From the IMG/VR virus record IMGVR_UViG_3300025033_000016: 20,000 bases of DNA. One strand, written 5' to 3'. Below are positions 1 to 7,943 of this stretch, in pieces. The notes under the pieces were generated by a model that saw nothing but the letters and a program-made list of their open reading frames with translations, had not been told where the DNA came from and did not search any database. The first letter of the stretch is position 1. Every line of letters starts with the position of its first letter. Both the position numbers and the translations under genes were made by a program. This DNA is from an uncultured virus (IMG/VR IMGVR_UViG_3300025033_000016). Taxonomy: Duplodnaviria; Heunggongvirae; Uroviricota; Caudoviricetes.

Positions 1-116
1 AGTTTCCAGTGTAGAATACCCTTCTTCCATAGAAGAGCTACTGCCTCATTCTTAGTCGGCTTTAGGCTTAGATTTTTGCCCTGCTGGGTCTTTGGCTTTG
101 CTGACTTTTTTGGCAT
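1..116 (-). CDS. 5' part of a CDS running off the left edge; possibly terminase large subunit N-terminus
   Basis: ATG at 116 after AAGGAAG; reads MPKKSAKPKTQQGKNLSLKPTKNEAVALLWKKGILHWK, open to the edge. The LWxxGxLxWK segment resembles TerL N-termini as I recall them; no catalytic motif lies inside the window. Confidence 0.45.
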   Translation of the reverse strand, partial: MPKKSAKPKTQQGKNLSLKPTKNEAVALLWKKGILHWK

Positions 117-396
117 TAGACTTCCTTGTCTGTTTAGGTTCTACAACATCTAAGACGCCTTCCGGCGGCATCATGAGAGCTAAGGCATCTTCTACGGACA
201 ATGCCTCTGATTTCTTAGACGTGCCTTCAATTACTGTGGGATCTTCCTCGATCAACCGCAAGTTCTTTACTAGCATGTCATACATTCTAACTTCATCAGT
301 AGTTAATAATCTGTCTCTTGAAATTTCATTAAGTCTATCCAGCTGCTGTAGAGCAATCTCATATTCGGGTCTGGACATCTTAATTATACTAGACAT
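52..396 (-). CDS. Hypothetical protein (terminase small subunit candidate by position only)
   Basis: 114 aa helical ORF with basic tail; overlaps the start of the partial ORF at 1-116. Confidence 0.6.
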   Translation of the reverse strand: MSSIIKMSRPEYEIALQQLDRLNEISRDRLLTTDEVRMYDMLVKNLRLIEEDPTVIEGTSKKSEALSVEDALALMMPPEGVLDVVEPKQTRKSNAKKVSKAKDPAGQKSKPKAD

Positions 397-397
397 A

Positions 398-661
398 TTA
401 TCGACGTTTAGTTTGGTTGTTTAGGATAGCGCCGCCTGATAAGAACATTAGCTTGTTCTCCATAGACTGAACTCTATCAACTATGTCCTTTTCAATCTTA
501 CGTGCTTGGTTCCATTGAGTGTAATGCAAGAAACCTAAGTAACCTAAGCTACCTACTACTGCAATACTCTCGGCTAATGAAAGGGGATTAATAAATGATT
601 TAATTACCAAAGCTGCAAAGCCTAGGATAACTACTGTTGGGATATGCTTGTTAACTTCCAT
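398..661 (-). CDS. Small membrane protein with two hydrophobic segments
   Basis: 87 aa; two hydrophobic stretches, then a coiled-coil-like tail; TAATG coupling to the upstream ORF. Confidence 0.7.
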   Translation of the reverse strand: MEVNKHIPTVVILGFAALVIKSFINPLSLAESIAVVGSLGYLGFLHYTQWNQARKIEKDIVDRVQSMENKLMFLSGGAILNNQTKRR

Positions 662-873
662 TATTTCACCTCATCAGCTTTTGGAGCTTGTTGTTGAGCT
701 AGGTTATCACTAAGTAGTTTTTGAAGCTGCTGCAGTACGTCTACTAGATATTTATCTAGACTGGAGATGTGGTGAATTTCGCTGCCTGGAATAGTGCAGA
801 GTTGGATGGATTTTCGGTACTGTGTAAGCTGCGCAGTATGCGCTCGTACCTTGGCTAATTGCTCTTCTGTCAT
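661..873 (-). CDS. Hypothetical protein
   Basis: Probable start ATG 873 (MTEEQ...) preceded by GAGAGGAAA. Confidence 0.65.
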   Translation of the reverse strand: MTEEQLAKVRAHTAQLTQYRKSIQLCTIPGSEIHHISSLDKYLVDVLQQLQKLLSDNLAQQQAPKADEVK

Positions 874-892
874 GTCGTTTCCTCTCAACCAT

Positions 893-937
893 CTCTTACG
901 AGGTAGGCTTTGGTTTTATGCTAGCCTCTTACGAGGT
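893..937 (-). repeat. Two copies of CTCTTACGAGGT (minus-strand CUC-GUAA-GAG tetraloop hairpins)
   Basis: Exact 12-mer at 893-904 and 926-937 in the intergenic region between dcd and the 661-873 ORF. Confidence 0.7.
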
Positions 938-1055
938 TAAGCTTATTAAGTTAAGATGCTGAGCTGTGATGAGCTTGTATTAACATCTGCGAACAGGGTT
1001 TCTCCCTTAGCTGTAATCTTACTTGCTTCGTATTTGTTATACCGGAGTTTAATAG

Positions 1056-1571
1056 TTATTCCTTTATATAAGTCTTTGAAGGGACTACTTCTTCTTGATC
1101 CTGATACTTTCCGTTATAGAGCATATCAATAGATCCTTCAGGCTTATGGAAGTATAGCTGCCCTATCTTCATATTAGGGTAAATAAAGGTAGGCTTAACT
1201 ACAGTAATCTCAAGGACCCAGAAGCCTCTAAAACCAATGTCTCCAAATCCTGCCGTAGCATGTACACTAATGCCTAGCCTAGCTAGAGAGGACTTGCCTG
1301 TAATCATGGGAACTACGTTGTGGGACTCAGTCCACTCATTAGTTCTAGCTAAGTATAGCTCATGTGGATGTAATACCATGCCTTCTGACGGAATCTCCCT
1401 AATCTCTACTTTATTGTCCACTCTAGGGTCTAATACTAGAGGTTTATACACTTTAATCTCGGGGTGTAGGGTAACGTCTACGGAGTTGGCATTGATATTA
1501 GAGCGCTTAATCGGATTGATTACAATAGTGCCGTCTTTTAAAGACTTTTTAATCGCTGCTGCTGTTAACAT
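1056..1571 (-). CDS. dcd: dCTP deaminase
   Basis: Motifs INANSVDVTL, GKSSLARLG, HATAGFGDIGFRG..LEI, KIGQLYF and YNGKYQDQ of the trimeric dUTPase/dCTP deaminase family; 171 aa. Confidence 0.93.
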   Translation of the reverse strand: MLTAAAIKKSLKDGTIVINPIKRSNINANSVDVTLHPEIKVYKPLVLDPRVDNKVEIREIPSEGMVLHPHELYLARTNEWTESHNVVPMITGKSSLARLGISVHATAGFGDIGFRGFWVLEITVVKPTFIYPNMKIGQLYFHKPEGSIDMLYNGKYQDQEEVVPSKTYIKE

Positions 1572-1812
1572 CTTGAGCTTCCTTCTTTTCTACTTGATGC
1601 TTCATAATATTATACTCCTGCCACAGTAGAGGCTCTGGCAGGCTGCTATACACATTCATTAGTTTTTTGTGGTGATTCTGCAATTGTGCATAGGTACTAC
1701 CATCTGCGACCTTAATCTCTTCGAGTACTGGAACATCCCTTACGCCTTTTTTCTCTAGGAGTTTGGCAATTTCAGTCAACATTTGCTTTTTAGACAATGC
1801 GAATTTACTCAT
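1549..1812 (-). CDS. Hypothetical protein
   Basis: 87 aa ORF; 4-nt overlap with the upstream gene and AAGGGGAG SD. Confidence 0.7.
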   Translation of the reverse strand: MSKFALSKKQMLTEIAKLLEKKGVRDVPVLEEIKVADGSTYAQLQNHHKKLMNVYSSLPEPLLWQEYNIMKHQVEKKEAQDVNSSSD

Positions 1813-2204
1813 GCTTTAGGAATCTCCCCTTTTTTACTAGCGTTAAACATAAATTCACCGTCAAAGGCATCTTTAGTTGATTGTTCGTTATTTTCAATTG
1901 AAGTTTCTAGCTGTTTAATTCTAGCTGAGGATCTATCTACAAACTCTTCTACCTCTTTCATCATGTCCGACACCTTCATAGTATCTTCTAAAGCTTCTAA
2001 CTGAGCTTTTCTAGATTTAGCATCTTCTGTAGAGCCTATAACCTCGAAAACATCGAAAAACTGCTCGTTAATGTCCTTGATAGTCTTATAGATGATAGCT
2101 CGCTCAGCTGTGGAGCCTCTATTCATATGCTTAGCGGCTTTTAGGTTACTATCTACTAATACTTCCAATAGTTCTTTTAGATCTTCAATAAGTTTCTTAC
2201 TCAT
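1809..2204 (-). CDS. Hypothetical coiled-coil protein (leaderless)
   Basis: 131 aa, E/K-rich helical; no SD; ATG lies 6 nt after a -10 box. Confidence 0.75.
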   Translation of the reverse strand: MSKKLIEDLKELLEVLVDSNLKAAKHMNRGSTAERAIIYKTIKDINEQFFDVFEVIGSTEDAKSRKAQLEALEDTMKVSDMMKEVEEFVDRSSARIKQLETSIENNEQSTKDAFDGEFMFNASKKGEIPKA

Positions 2205-2210
2205 ACACCA

Positions 2211-2239
2211 ATATTAGCGTATTTCTAGGGCTTTGGCAA
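2211..2239 (-). promoter_or_regulatory. sigma70-type promoter giving a leaderless transcript
   Basis: Minus strand TTGCCA-17nt-TAATAT-6nt-ATG(2204). Confidence 0.65.
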
Positions 2240-2242
2240 GTA

Positions 2243-2950
2243 TTAACTTAACAAATCACCGTATTTTTCTAAAAGACGAGCCCGCTCATGCTCATTTTCA
2301 ACAGAATTAAGGGAGTCCTTGATATATTTAATATCTTCTGGAGTTAATTGCTGCTTTATCTCAGGAAATTTATCTCCCAAGTACAATTCAGCTTCAGCTA
2401 AGCGTCTTTTAGTGATGCCTGGTAGTTTATCTTTATTAGATCGCAGCATAATCTCGGCAGCAGCTCCCATGTCATCTCCTGTAGCAACTTTATGCTGTAA
2501 CATAGGGCCTATAAGCTGCGGATTATTGTAATAAAGGCTTAACAGGGCTGCATGTTGGTTGGTTTGGAGCGGTGGGCGCTCCGGTTCCCGCTTAATTTTA
2601 CGCTTATATTCAGGTAATTTGATCTTAAGAGTCTCTTTAGCTAATAACTGTGACTGTTCAGGAGTTAAACTGCTCTGAGACGCTCTCAGTTGCCCTGTAT
2701 TGATCGATAAGTTCTTGGCGGCACGTTGGGTCGCTGGGCTATTTAAGTTCGCTCCTACACCAATTGTGTCGATCTGAGAGGTGTCCTTGTACACTGTAGG
2801 ACTCATTCCTTCGTGTTCCTCCAAGAATCCGAATGTAGTATCTACTAGCTCTGCATCAGGGTCCTCAATTTGAGACTGCTCTACGGCTGGCTGGACTCCT
2901 AATCGTACTTCCGCTAGCTTATCTTTATTTAATATCTTCTTTAGATCCAT
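2243..2950 (-). CDS. GH24 phage lysozyme with N- and C-terminal extensions
   Basis: EHEGMSPTVYKDTSQIDTIGVG gives the E-X8-D-X5-T triad; ALLSLYYN and GITKRRLAEAELY match the GH24 C-terminal motifs. Start taken at ATG 2950 (MDLKK, upstream AGGAAG); the ORF track extends to 3046. Confidence 0.85.
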   Translation of the reverse strand: MDLKKILNKDKLAEVRLGVQPAVEQSQIEDPDAELVDTTFGFLEEHEGMSPTVYKDTSQIDTIGVGANLNSPATQRAAKNLSINTGQLRASQSSLTPEQSQLLAKETLKIKLPEYKRKIKREPERPPLQTNQHAALLSLYYNNPQLIGPMLQHKVATGDDMGAAAEIMLRSNKDKLPGITKRRLAEAELYLGDKFPEIKQQLTPEDIKYIKDSLNSVENEHERARLLEKYGDLLS

Positions 2951-3104
2951 AAGAACTACTTCCTGTGAGGCGGTTGAGAAGTTTTGATAGTTTATTGAGC
3001 CGAGGACGGCGATTACCAGACTCCAATTTCTTAGGTTTATCGCCATATACTGACTTTAGCATACCTTCTAGGTTTTTAACACTATTAACTGGATTATTAG
3101 CCAT
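2925..3104 (-). CDS. Small basic hypothetical protein
   Basis: MANNPVNSVKNLEGMLKSVYGDK...; ATG 3104 with AAGGG upstream; 59 aa. Confidence 0.55.
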   Translation of the reverse strand: MANNPVNSVKNLEGMLKSVYGDKPKKLESGNRRPRLNKLSKLLNRLTGSSSYGSKEDIK

Positions 3105-3117
3105 ACCCTTGATTTGT

Positions 3118-3381
3118 TTAGTCTGCTGTATTGAGGTCTTCAACCAAGGCGTCTCTAACTAACTTCCTAGTATAAGCCTCATAGCTCATTAAATCAGTTT
3201 CTTCAACGCCATAACGCCTATCTCTATCATCTAGCTGCTCTGACATTATTAAGTATCTGAACTTATTATCGTGACCCCTGGCTGACACTAATACTCTAGC
3301 AGGTCCGTACACTATCTCACCGTTATGCAGTAATACTACCCGCTCGTCGTAATTAAATAAAGGCTTTACTTGTATTGTCAT
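3118..3381 (-). CDS. Small beta-rich protein with C-terminal RDxLREDL-type tail
   Basis: Strong SD AAGGAGGT; ends RKLVRDALVEDLNTAD. Confidence 0.8.
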   Translation of the reverse strand: MTIQVKPLFNYDERVVLLHNGEIVYGPARVLVSARGHDNKFRYLIMSEQLDDRDRRYGVEETDLMSYEAYTRKLVRDALVEDLNTAD

Positions 3382-3419
3382 GCAGTTACCTCCTTGTAAC
3401 TAGCTATATCGTAATTAGT

Positions 3420-3836
3420 TTACACTTGTCTAGTGTCGGCTACTATCTGCAGCCTCTTACTAGATTCTAGCCTATTCTTGTTATCCATTATCACGACATC
3501 CAATGCTTTCTTAGGATTCCGATAGAAGCCTGTAGTGCAATCATTGCCTACCTTAAGGAATAGGCCGCTCCATCTCGTGTGGAAGAAGCTTAGGATAGCC
3601 GAGTCAGCTCTAAGCCAGCCTTGTCCAGCATCGAACTCTGCGAACCTCTTATTGATTGATTTAGCTGTAACCTTGTTAGAACTCGGTACAGCGCATATAA
3701 CGCGTACTTCTCTTCCAACCTTACTACAAAGGGCATGTAGAGCGCTACTTAGCTGCTTACCTCCCTTAGACCGCATAACTCTATAGCTAAATCCATCAGT
3801 CACTAAGTAAATTACATGCTTGTCTAATATTAACAT
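3420..3836 (-). CDS. Hypothetical protein, possibly a degenerate T5orf172/GIY-YIG-like fold
   Basis: Layout VIYLVTDG...VRVICAV...INKRF....GQGWL....ILSFF resembles T5orf172/Mug113, but the KIG, conserved E and GEWF residues are altered. Confidence 0.5.
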   Translation of the reverse strand: MLILDKHVIYLVTDGFSYRVMRSKGGKQLSSALHALCSKVGREVRVICAVPSSNKVTAKSINKRFAEFDAGQGWLRADSAILSFFHTRWSGLFLKVGNDCTTGFYRNPKKALDVVIMDNKNRLESSKRLQIVADTRQV

Positions 3837-3849
3837 AAGCTTATCTCTA

Positions 3850-3878
3850 AGTATAACACGTATACAAATAAAATGCAA
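3850..3878 (-). promoter_or_regulatory. sigma70-type promoter for the leftward arm
   Basis: Minus strand TTGCAT-17nt-TATACT with TG extension, 13 nt before ATG 3836. Confidence 0.65.
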
Positions 3879-4390
3879 CCCTTATTCACTTTCTTATTGA
3901 AAATGATACAAAAATATGATATAATCTAGTTATAGATTGTTTAATTCGCAAAGTTAAACACATATGCAGCATACCAAAGAGCTGTTGCAGCATAAACAAA
4001 CAATGCAGCAAATAAACATGAACAATGTTGCATAAACAAATCCAATAAATGATGCCATTGCAGCGAATGCATAGCAACAATCACAGATTTTATAGCGATT
4101 ATATCTTTAGGCTGAAGGGGATAGTTATACCCTACTTTTAGGGTGTAAATTCATAGCATTTATGAATAGATCTTACTTAGCTTGTATGCTAATAAATTCA
4201 GCTACTTACAAGTACACCCCGATAGGCAATGAATACATTAGTGAATAGATAACACCTTAGTACTGCGAAACTAACGATACCTATGATTTTATATTGCGTG
4301 ACGCTTAGTGTTATGCGATGTACTAAGTGCAATCATCCCCCCAGTTCCGCAACACCCCCCTTCTTTTTTAGGTAGCTTAATCTGGAAGAC

Positions 4391-4401
4391 TGTGGTATAG
4401 T
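4391..4401 (+). promoter_or_regulatory. Extended -10 promoter, leaderless
   Basis: TGTGG-TATAGT, then 6 nt, then ATG 4408; T-tract upstream; weak -35. Confidence 0.55.
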
Positions 4402-4407
4402 TTGTAT

Positions 4408-4761
4408 ATGAGTAACAACTGGTGGAAAGGTTTATCTAAAGAGCAGATAGCTGGTATGAGTTTTACGCTTGCGGAGAGCAGCGCTTTGTATAAATCAAGA
4501 GCTTACACTTTTCCAGAAAGTAACGTGTTTAGAGTTGTAGCGATCCCTAAACGTACAGCTATGGAGTTTTTTATAATCCAGCCAGCAGATAGCTTAGGTC
4601 TTAACGAAGGCTGGAAATTCGAGCATGTCAGTAGTTATAACGTATTAACTAGCTTTGATCCTAAAAAGGGGTGCTGGGGATTAAAGCCTACAGAGTTAGT
4701 GCCTGTAGATCTCAGGCATAGATTAGTCCGAGATAGCTTAAGAGAGGATCTGTTAAAATGA
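4408..4761 (+). CDS. Hypothetical protein with C-terminal RDxLREDL tail
   Basis: Ends DLRHRLVRDSLREDLLK; ATGA overlap with thyX. Confidence 0.8.
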   Translation: MSNNWWKGLSKEQIAGMSFTLAESSALYKSRAYTFPESNVFRVVAIPKRTAMEFFIIQPADSLGLNEGWKFEHVSSYNVLTSFDPKKGCWGLKPTELVPVDLRHRLVRDSLREDLLK

Positions 4762-5417
4762 GCAACATAAAAGTAGATTACGTAGATCATATGGGGAATG
4801 ACTTGACTGTTGTAAATTCAGCTAGGGTTTCCTTTGGTAAAACTAAGACCACGTTAGATGAGTCTGATATTAAGCTTCTTAATTATTTAGCAAAGCACAA
4901 GCATTATACGCCATTTGAGCATTGTACGCTTACGGTGCTTGTTAAATGCCCGCTATTTACCCGAAGTCAGATACATAGACACAGGACATTTTCTTACAAT
5001 GAAATTAGCCGAAGATATACGGCAGAGAAGCTTGAATTTTACATTCCTAAAGTTTATAGGAAGCAGCACGATAAGAGTAAACAGTGCTCAAGTGGTAATT
5101 TTGAAAGCTCTGACAACGAGGTGCTAGTCAATAAAACTAAGAAGCTACATAAAGAGAGTATTGAGCTTTATAATGAAATGATCGATAAAGGCGTTGCTAG
5201 AGAGATGGCTAGGGGCATATTACCACAGAACCTAATGACTGAGTTTTGGATGACAGGTAATCTCAGGAATTGGATTCATTTTTTAGATTTACGAGTTGAT
5301 TCCCATGCACAGCAAGAAGTAAGGGATGTTGCGCAGCCGATTTTAGAAATAATTGAAGCTAAGTTCCCAGAAGCATCGAAAGCTTTATTTAAACATTCAA
5401 TGTCTTCAGGAGGCTAA
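4758..5417 (+). CDS. thyX: FAD-dependent thymidylate synthase ThyX
   Basis: ThyX signature RHRTFSYNEISRRY, plus ARVSF, KHYTPFEH, AREMARGILP, GNLRNWIHF and HAQQEVR. Confidence 0.97.
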   Translation: MSNIKVDYVDHMGNDLTVVNSARVSFGKTKTTLDESDIKLLNYLAKHKHYTPFEHCTLTVLVKCPLFTRSQIHRHRTFSYNEISRRYTAEKLEFYIPKVYRKQHDKSKQCSSGNFESSDNEVLVNKTKKLHKESIELYNEMIDKGVAREMARGILPQNLMTEFWMTGNLRNWIHFLDLRVDSHAQQEVRDVAQPILEIIEAKFPEASKALFKHSMSSGG

Positions 5418-5419
5418 CG

Positions 5420-6034
5420 GTGGGATTTAACGTAGACGTAAAGCCTTTAATCAAAGTCCTAGTCCGTAAGGAATTCTTACATAACTTTGAAGAAGGACAT
5501 GGAGAGTTTGAAGAGGGCTATATCTTTGGAGCTTGTGCTATGAAGAGTAGACCCTTATTATTTCACGTACATCTAAAGAGCGGCGCTAAGTTTATACGCC
5601 TACCTATCAACGCCTTTTGTACTAAGAAAGATGCGCCTTTAGAGGTTATTGGAGACTTGGAGTTATGGGACTGCTTAGCCTCAGAAGTAAGCTGCCATCA
5701 GTACAACTATTTCAAGAACTATGAAGTGCTAGTTAAATTGAAGAGTGGTACACATTGGGGTAGATACTTGCTTACCTTCGATTTTCCGCCCAGCGGAGGA
5801 TTAGAAGAGACTCCAGATCAACACAAGGACTTTAATCTGATTGAGCTAGAGAACGGCAATCTAGCGCTACAGCCTAATAACACGCTGCTATGGGTTGATG
5901 AGCACTTTACAGGTAAGCCTACCGGAGTACCTAGTTATAAGGCAATGCAGAAATATTGGCTAGTTGAACGCGAAGACTTTAGAGACTTTTCAGATGACGA
6001 GTCTTATTTTTACATACCAAAGAAAGAAGACTAA
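5420..6034 (+). CDS. Hypothetical phage protein
   Basis: 204 aa; GTG start with GGAGG SD; motifs VRKEFL..GHGEF, LWDC, HK, GNLALQPNN look conserved but no function recognised. Confidence 0.8.
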   Translation: MGFNVDVKPLIKVLVRKEFLHNFEEGHGEFEEGYIFGACAMKSRPLLFHVHLKSGAKFIRLPINAFCTKKDAPLEVIGDLELWDCLASEVSCHQYNYFKNYEVLVKLKSGTHWGRYLLTFDFPPSGGLEETPDQHKDFNLIELENGNLALQPNNTLLWVDEHFTGKPTGVPSYKAMQKYWLVEREDFRDFSDDESYFYIPKKED

Positions 6035-6035
6035 C

Positions 6036-6203
6036 ATGCAAGGAACAGTAACTGTACTACATTTTATACTATCCATACTGTGTATATATGCGCTGCTAAT
6101 TAGCGCCTCAGTAGGCACGTTTAATTGGATAGCGATGCTAGCATTTGCGTTTAATGCGGTAGCTATGTTGCGAGCTTTAGACAAGGTATTAAATAATGAT
6201 TGA
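6036..6203 (+). CDS. Small two-helix membrane protein
   Basis: Start ATG 6036 (MQGTVT...); two hydrophobic segments. Confidence 0.65.
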   Translation: MQGTVTVLHFILSILCIYALLISASVGTFNWIAMLAFAFNAVAMLRALDKVLNND

Positions 6204-6459
6204 AGCTGTCGGCTGGGTAGCCGGGATTCTATTCGCCTTCTGCGCCTTCCCACAAGCTTATCAGTCTTATAAATCTGGACACTCTGTTGGGATTAATCCT
6301 TGGCTGCTGTGGATGTGGTGGCTTGGTGAAGTTCTAATGATTATTTATGTATATGTAAAGCATGGATTTGATGTCCCGTTGATGATTAATTATATTGGTA
6401 ATCTATTCTTTTTAGCTTTTATTATGAAATTCTACTATTTTCCTAGACAACCTAAGTAA
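6196..6459 (+). CDS. PQ-loop / SemiSWEET-like membrane protein
   Basis: Three TM segments with FPQAYQSYKSGHSVGIN loop and PLMINY in TM3; 87 aa. Confidence 0.85.
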   Translation: MIEAVGWVAGILFAFCAFPQAYQSYKSGHSVGINPWLLWMWWLGEVLMIIYVYVKHGFDVPLMINYIGNLFFLAFIMKFYYFPRQPK

Positions 6460-6525
6460 ACAGTGTTATAGTCTTATAAAGCCCTAAGCAAGGCTCTAAA
6501 CTGCTTATCATAAAAGGAGATAAAT

Positions 6526-6714
6526 ATGAGTAAAAAATCACGTTATATTGGAGTTAGTTTTTCAGCAGGCCGTACTAATCCTTGGAGAAGTAGAGCTTCT
6601 ATCAACGGCAGTACTATCTTCTTAGGCTACTTTAAAACACAAGCCGACGCAGCTAGGATGTATAACGACTTTATCAAGGCTAGTGAGCTTGATCGCCCGC
6701 TAAATAGCCTGTAA
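6526..6714 (+). CDS. Stand-alone AP2 DNA-binding domain protein
   Basis: KSRYIGVS...WRSRASING..IFLGYF.T..DAARMYN matches the AP2 pattern; SD AAAGGAG; no HNH domain. Confidence 0.85.
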   Translation: MSKKSRYIGVSFSAGRTNPWRSRASINGSTIFLGYFKTQADAARMYNDFIKASELDRPLNSL

Positions 6715-6722
6715 GGGTTATT

Positions 6723-6995
6723 GTGAGAGTAAAAGAAGTTTTAACATTAGTGGCGATTCTCCTGTTAATCACAGGGGCTTCGTCATATCTTTCCTATAAA
6801 ACCGGACACGGTGAGGGTCAAGTAGCAGCTTGTTCTAAAATAATACCAATTGCTCCGCTACTAAAACTGCTCGTTAAAGACTGCCTAGTAGAAAAGCAAC
6901 AGCTAATTCTAATTCTAGGAGATGATAGCGAACTAAATGTAGATAGACTATATGAGGAAGAAGATGCTACTGAAGATTCTACAGCTAGTGAGTAA
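6723..6995 (+). CDS. Membrane-anchored hypothetical protein
   Basis: N-terminal hydrophobic helix, two Cys, acidic tail. Confidence 0.6.
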   Translation: MRVKEVLTLVAILLLITGASSYLSYKTGHGEGQVAACSKIIPIAPLLKLLVKDCLVEKQQLILILGDDSELNVDRLYEEEDATEDSTASE

Positions 6996-7368
6996 GCTCC
7001 ACCTTAAGTTTATGCTGTGGAAGAGGGGCCGAATGGGGTTAGTTATACCTAATGAAAACTCCATCCAGCCTTACCACTTTGTCGGTGGATCTGAGTGGGA
7101 AATACATAATGAACGTGTAATGGTAAAGACCTCTAAGTGGTTAGTGGAAGAGTTCTTCGTAGAAACATTAGACCCCACTAATTTCTATTTCATTCACCAC
7201 GGCAGACCAAAGAATAAGTCGCTACCCTTAAGTTTTAGACTAGATTGGGATTCCTTATGGGCTAGTAGCCCTAGATGCGTGTCTTCACCAGAAGACTACA
7301 AGAGGCTTTGTAAAGAGCACGTTGAGTTAGTAGATCAAATAGCTCGGAATAAGAGAGGCTTGATATGA
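6952..7368 (+). CDS. Hypothetical protein
   Basis: 138 aa ORF; ATGA overlap with the next gene; exact start uncertain. Confidence 0.65.
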   Translation: MRKKMLLKILQLVSKLHLKFMLWKRGRMGLVIPNENSIQPYHFVGGSEWEIHNERVMVKTSKWLVEEFFVETLDPTNFYFIHHGRPKNKSLPLSFRLDWDSLWASSPRCVSSPEDYKRLCKEHVELVDQIARNKRGLI

Positions 7369-7646
7369 AGCTTTATTTAATAGCCTTAGTCCTATCTCTA
7401 GGAGCCTGCGCTACAAAAGCCGTAATAGACGAGAAGAGTAAATATAATTTAGTTGACCATAAGGTAGTTAGCCTATATGCTGGTTGTATTGAAGGCTTTA
7501 TGGAAGTAATTAAACTTGATATGTATAGAAGACCTAAGAAATTTAAGACACCTAAAGAAGCGTCCGATGCAGTTAAGCACGCTTGCCATTACCGATCAAT
7601 GCTATATCAATACTATCTGGAGAAGAGCTTTTTTGGAAAAGAGTAA
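7365..7646 (+). CDS. Putative lipoprotein
   Basis: MKLYLIALVLSLGAC: signal peptide with lipobox LGAC; SD GAGAGG. Confidence 0.75.
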   Translation: MKLYLIALVLSLGACATKAVIDEKSKYNLVDHKVVSLYAGCIEGFMEVIKLDMYRRPKKFKTPKEASDAVKHACHYRSMLYQYYLEKSFFGKE

Positions 7647-7869
7647 CTACAGCTTTAAAGTCGGGGATATCGTAGTACGTAAGCATACCCCCGCAACTAA
7701 GTATAAAGTGATCGAAGTGTTAAGTGAAGATCTAGCTTATGGTAGTACCAGTGGTAGATTTGACGTGCCCTTCGTATTACTGACTACGAAAGACTATATA
7801 CTAGAACCCGAGGCCGCGAGATATAAAGCTGTCAGGAATTCACTACGTGACGACTTAAAAGGAGAATAA
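7633..7869 (+). CDS. KOW/SH3-like small protein with RDxLREDL-type tail
   Basis: Probable TTG start 7633 after GGAGAAGAG; FKVGDIV at the N-terminus; ends ARYKAVRNSLRDDLKGE. Confidence 0.75.
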   Translation: MEKSNYSFKVGDIVVRKHTPATKYKVIEVLSEDLAYGSTSGRFDVPFVLLTTKDYILEPEAARYKAVRNSLRDDLKGE

Positions 7870-7871
7870 CT

Positions 7872-7943
7872 ATGGACCTAACTAAAGCATTTAAAAGAAT
7901 ACTTCCACCAATGATTGCAGGAGCTGTATGTTTCCTGAGCTAA
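7872..7943 (+). CDS. 23-aa mini ORF, or frameshifted 5' part of the next gene
   Basis: Strong SD AAAGGAG; MDLTKAFKRILPPMIAGAVCFLS; its TAA overlaps ATG 7943 of the next frame. Confidence 0.4.
   Translation: MDLTKAFKRILPPMIAGAVCFLS

Noticed and set aside
92..3786. Plus-strand ORFs 92-424, 1237-1629, 1783-2004, 2319-2531, 2965-3162, 3535-3786
   Set aside because: Antisense shadows of well-supported minus-strand genes; Ser/Leu-rich with no convincing SD.
3886..4080. 64-aa minus-strand ORF
   Set aside because: Its Cys/Leu/Ile-rich composition is explained by the low-complexity A-rich tract; no clear SD.
7516..7632. N-terminal extension of ORF 7516-7869 given in the ORF track
   Set aside because: It overlaps the lipoprotein gene by over 100 nt; TTG 7633 with an SD gives a start matching the paralogs' FKVGDIV N-terminus.
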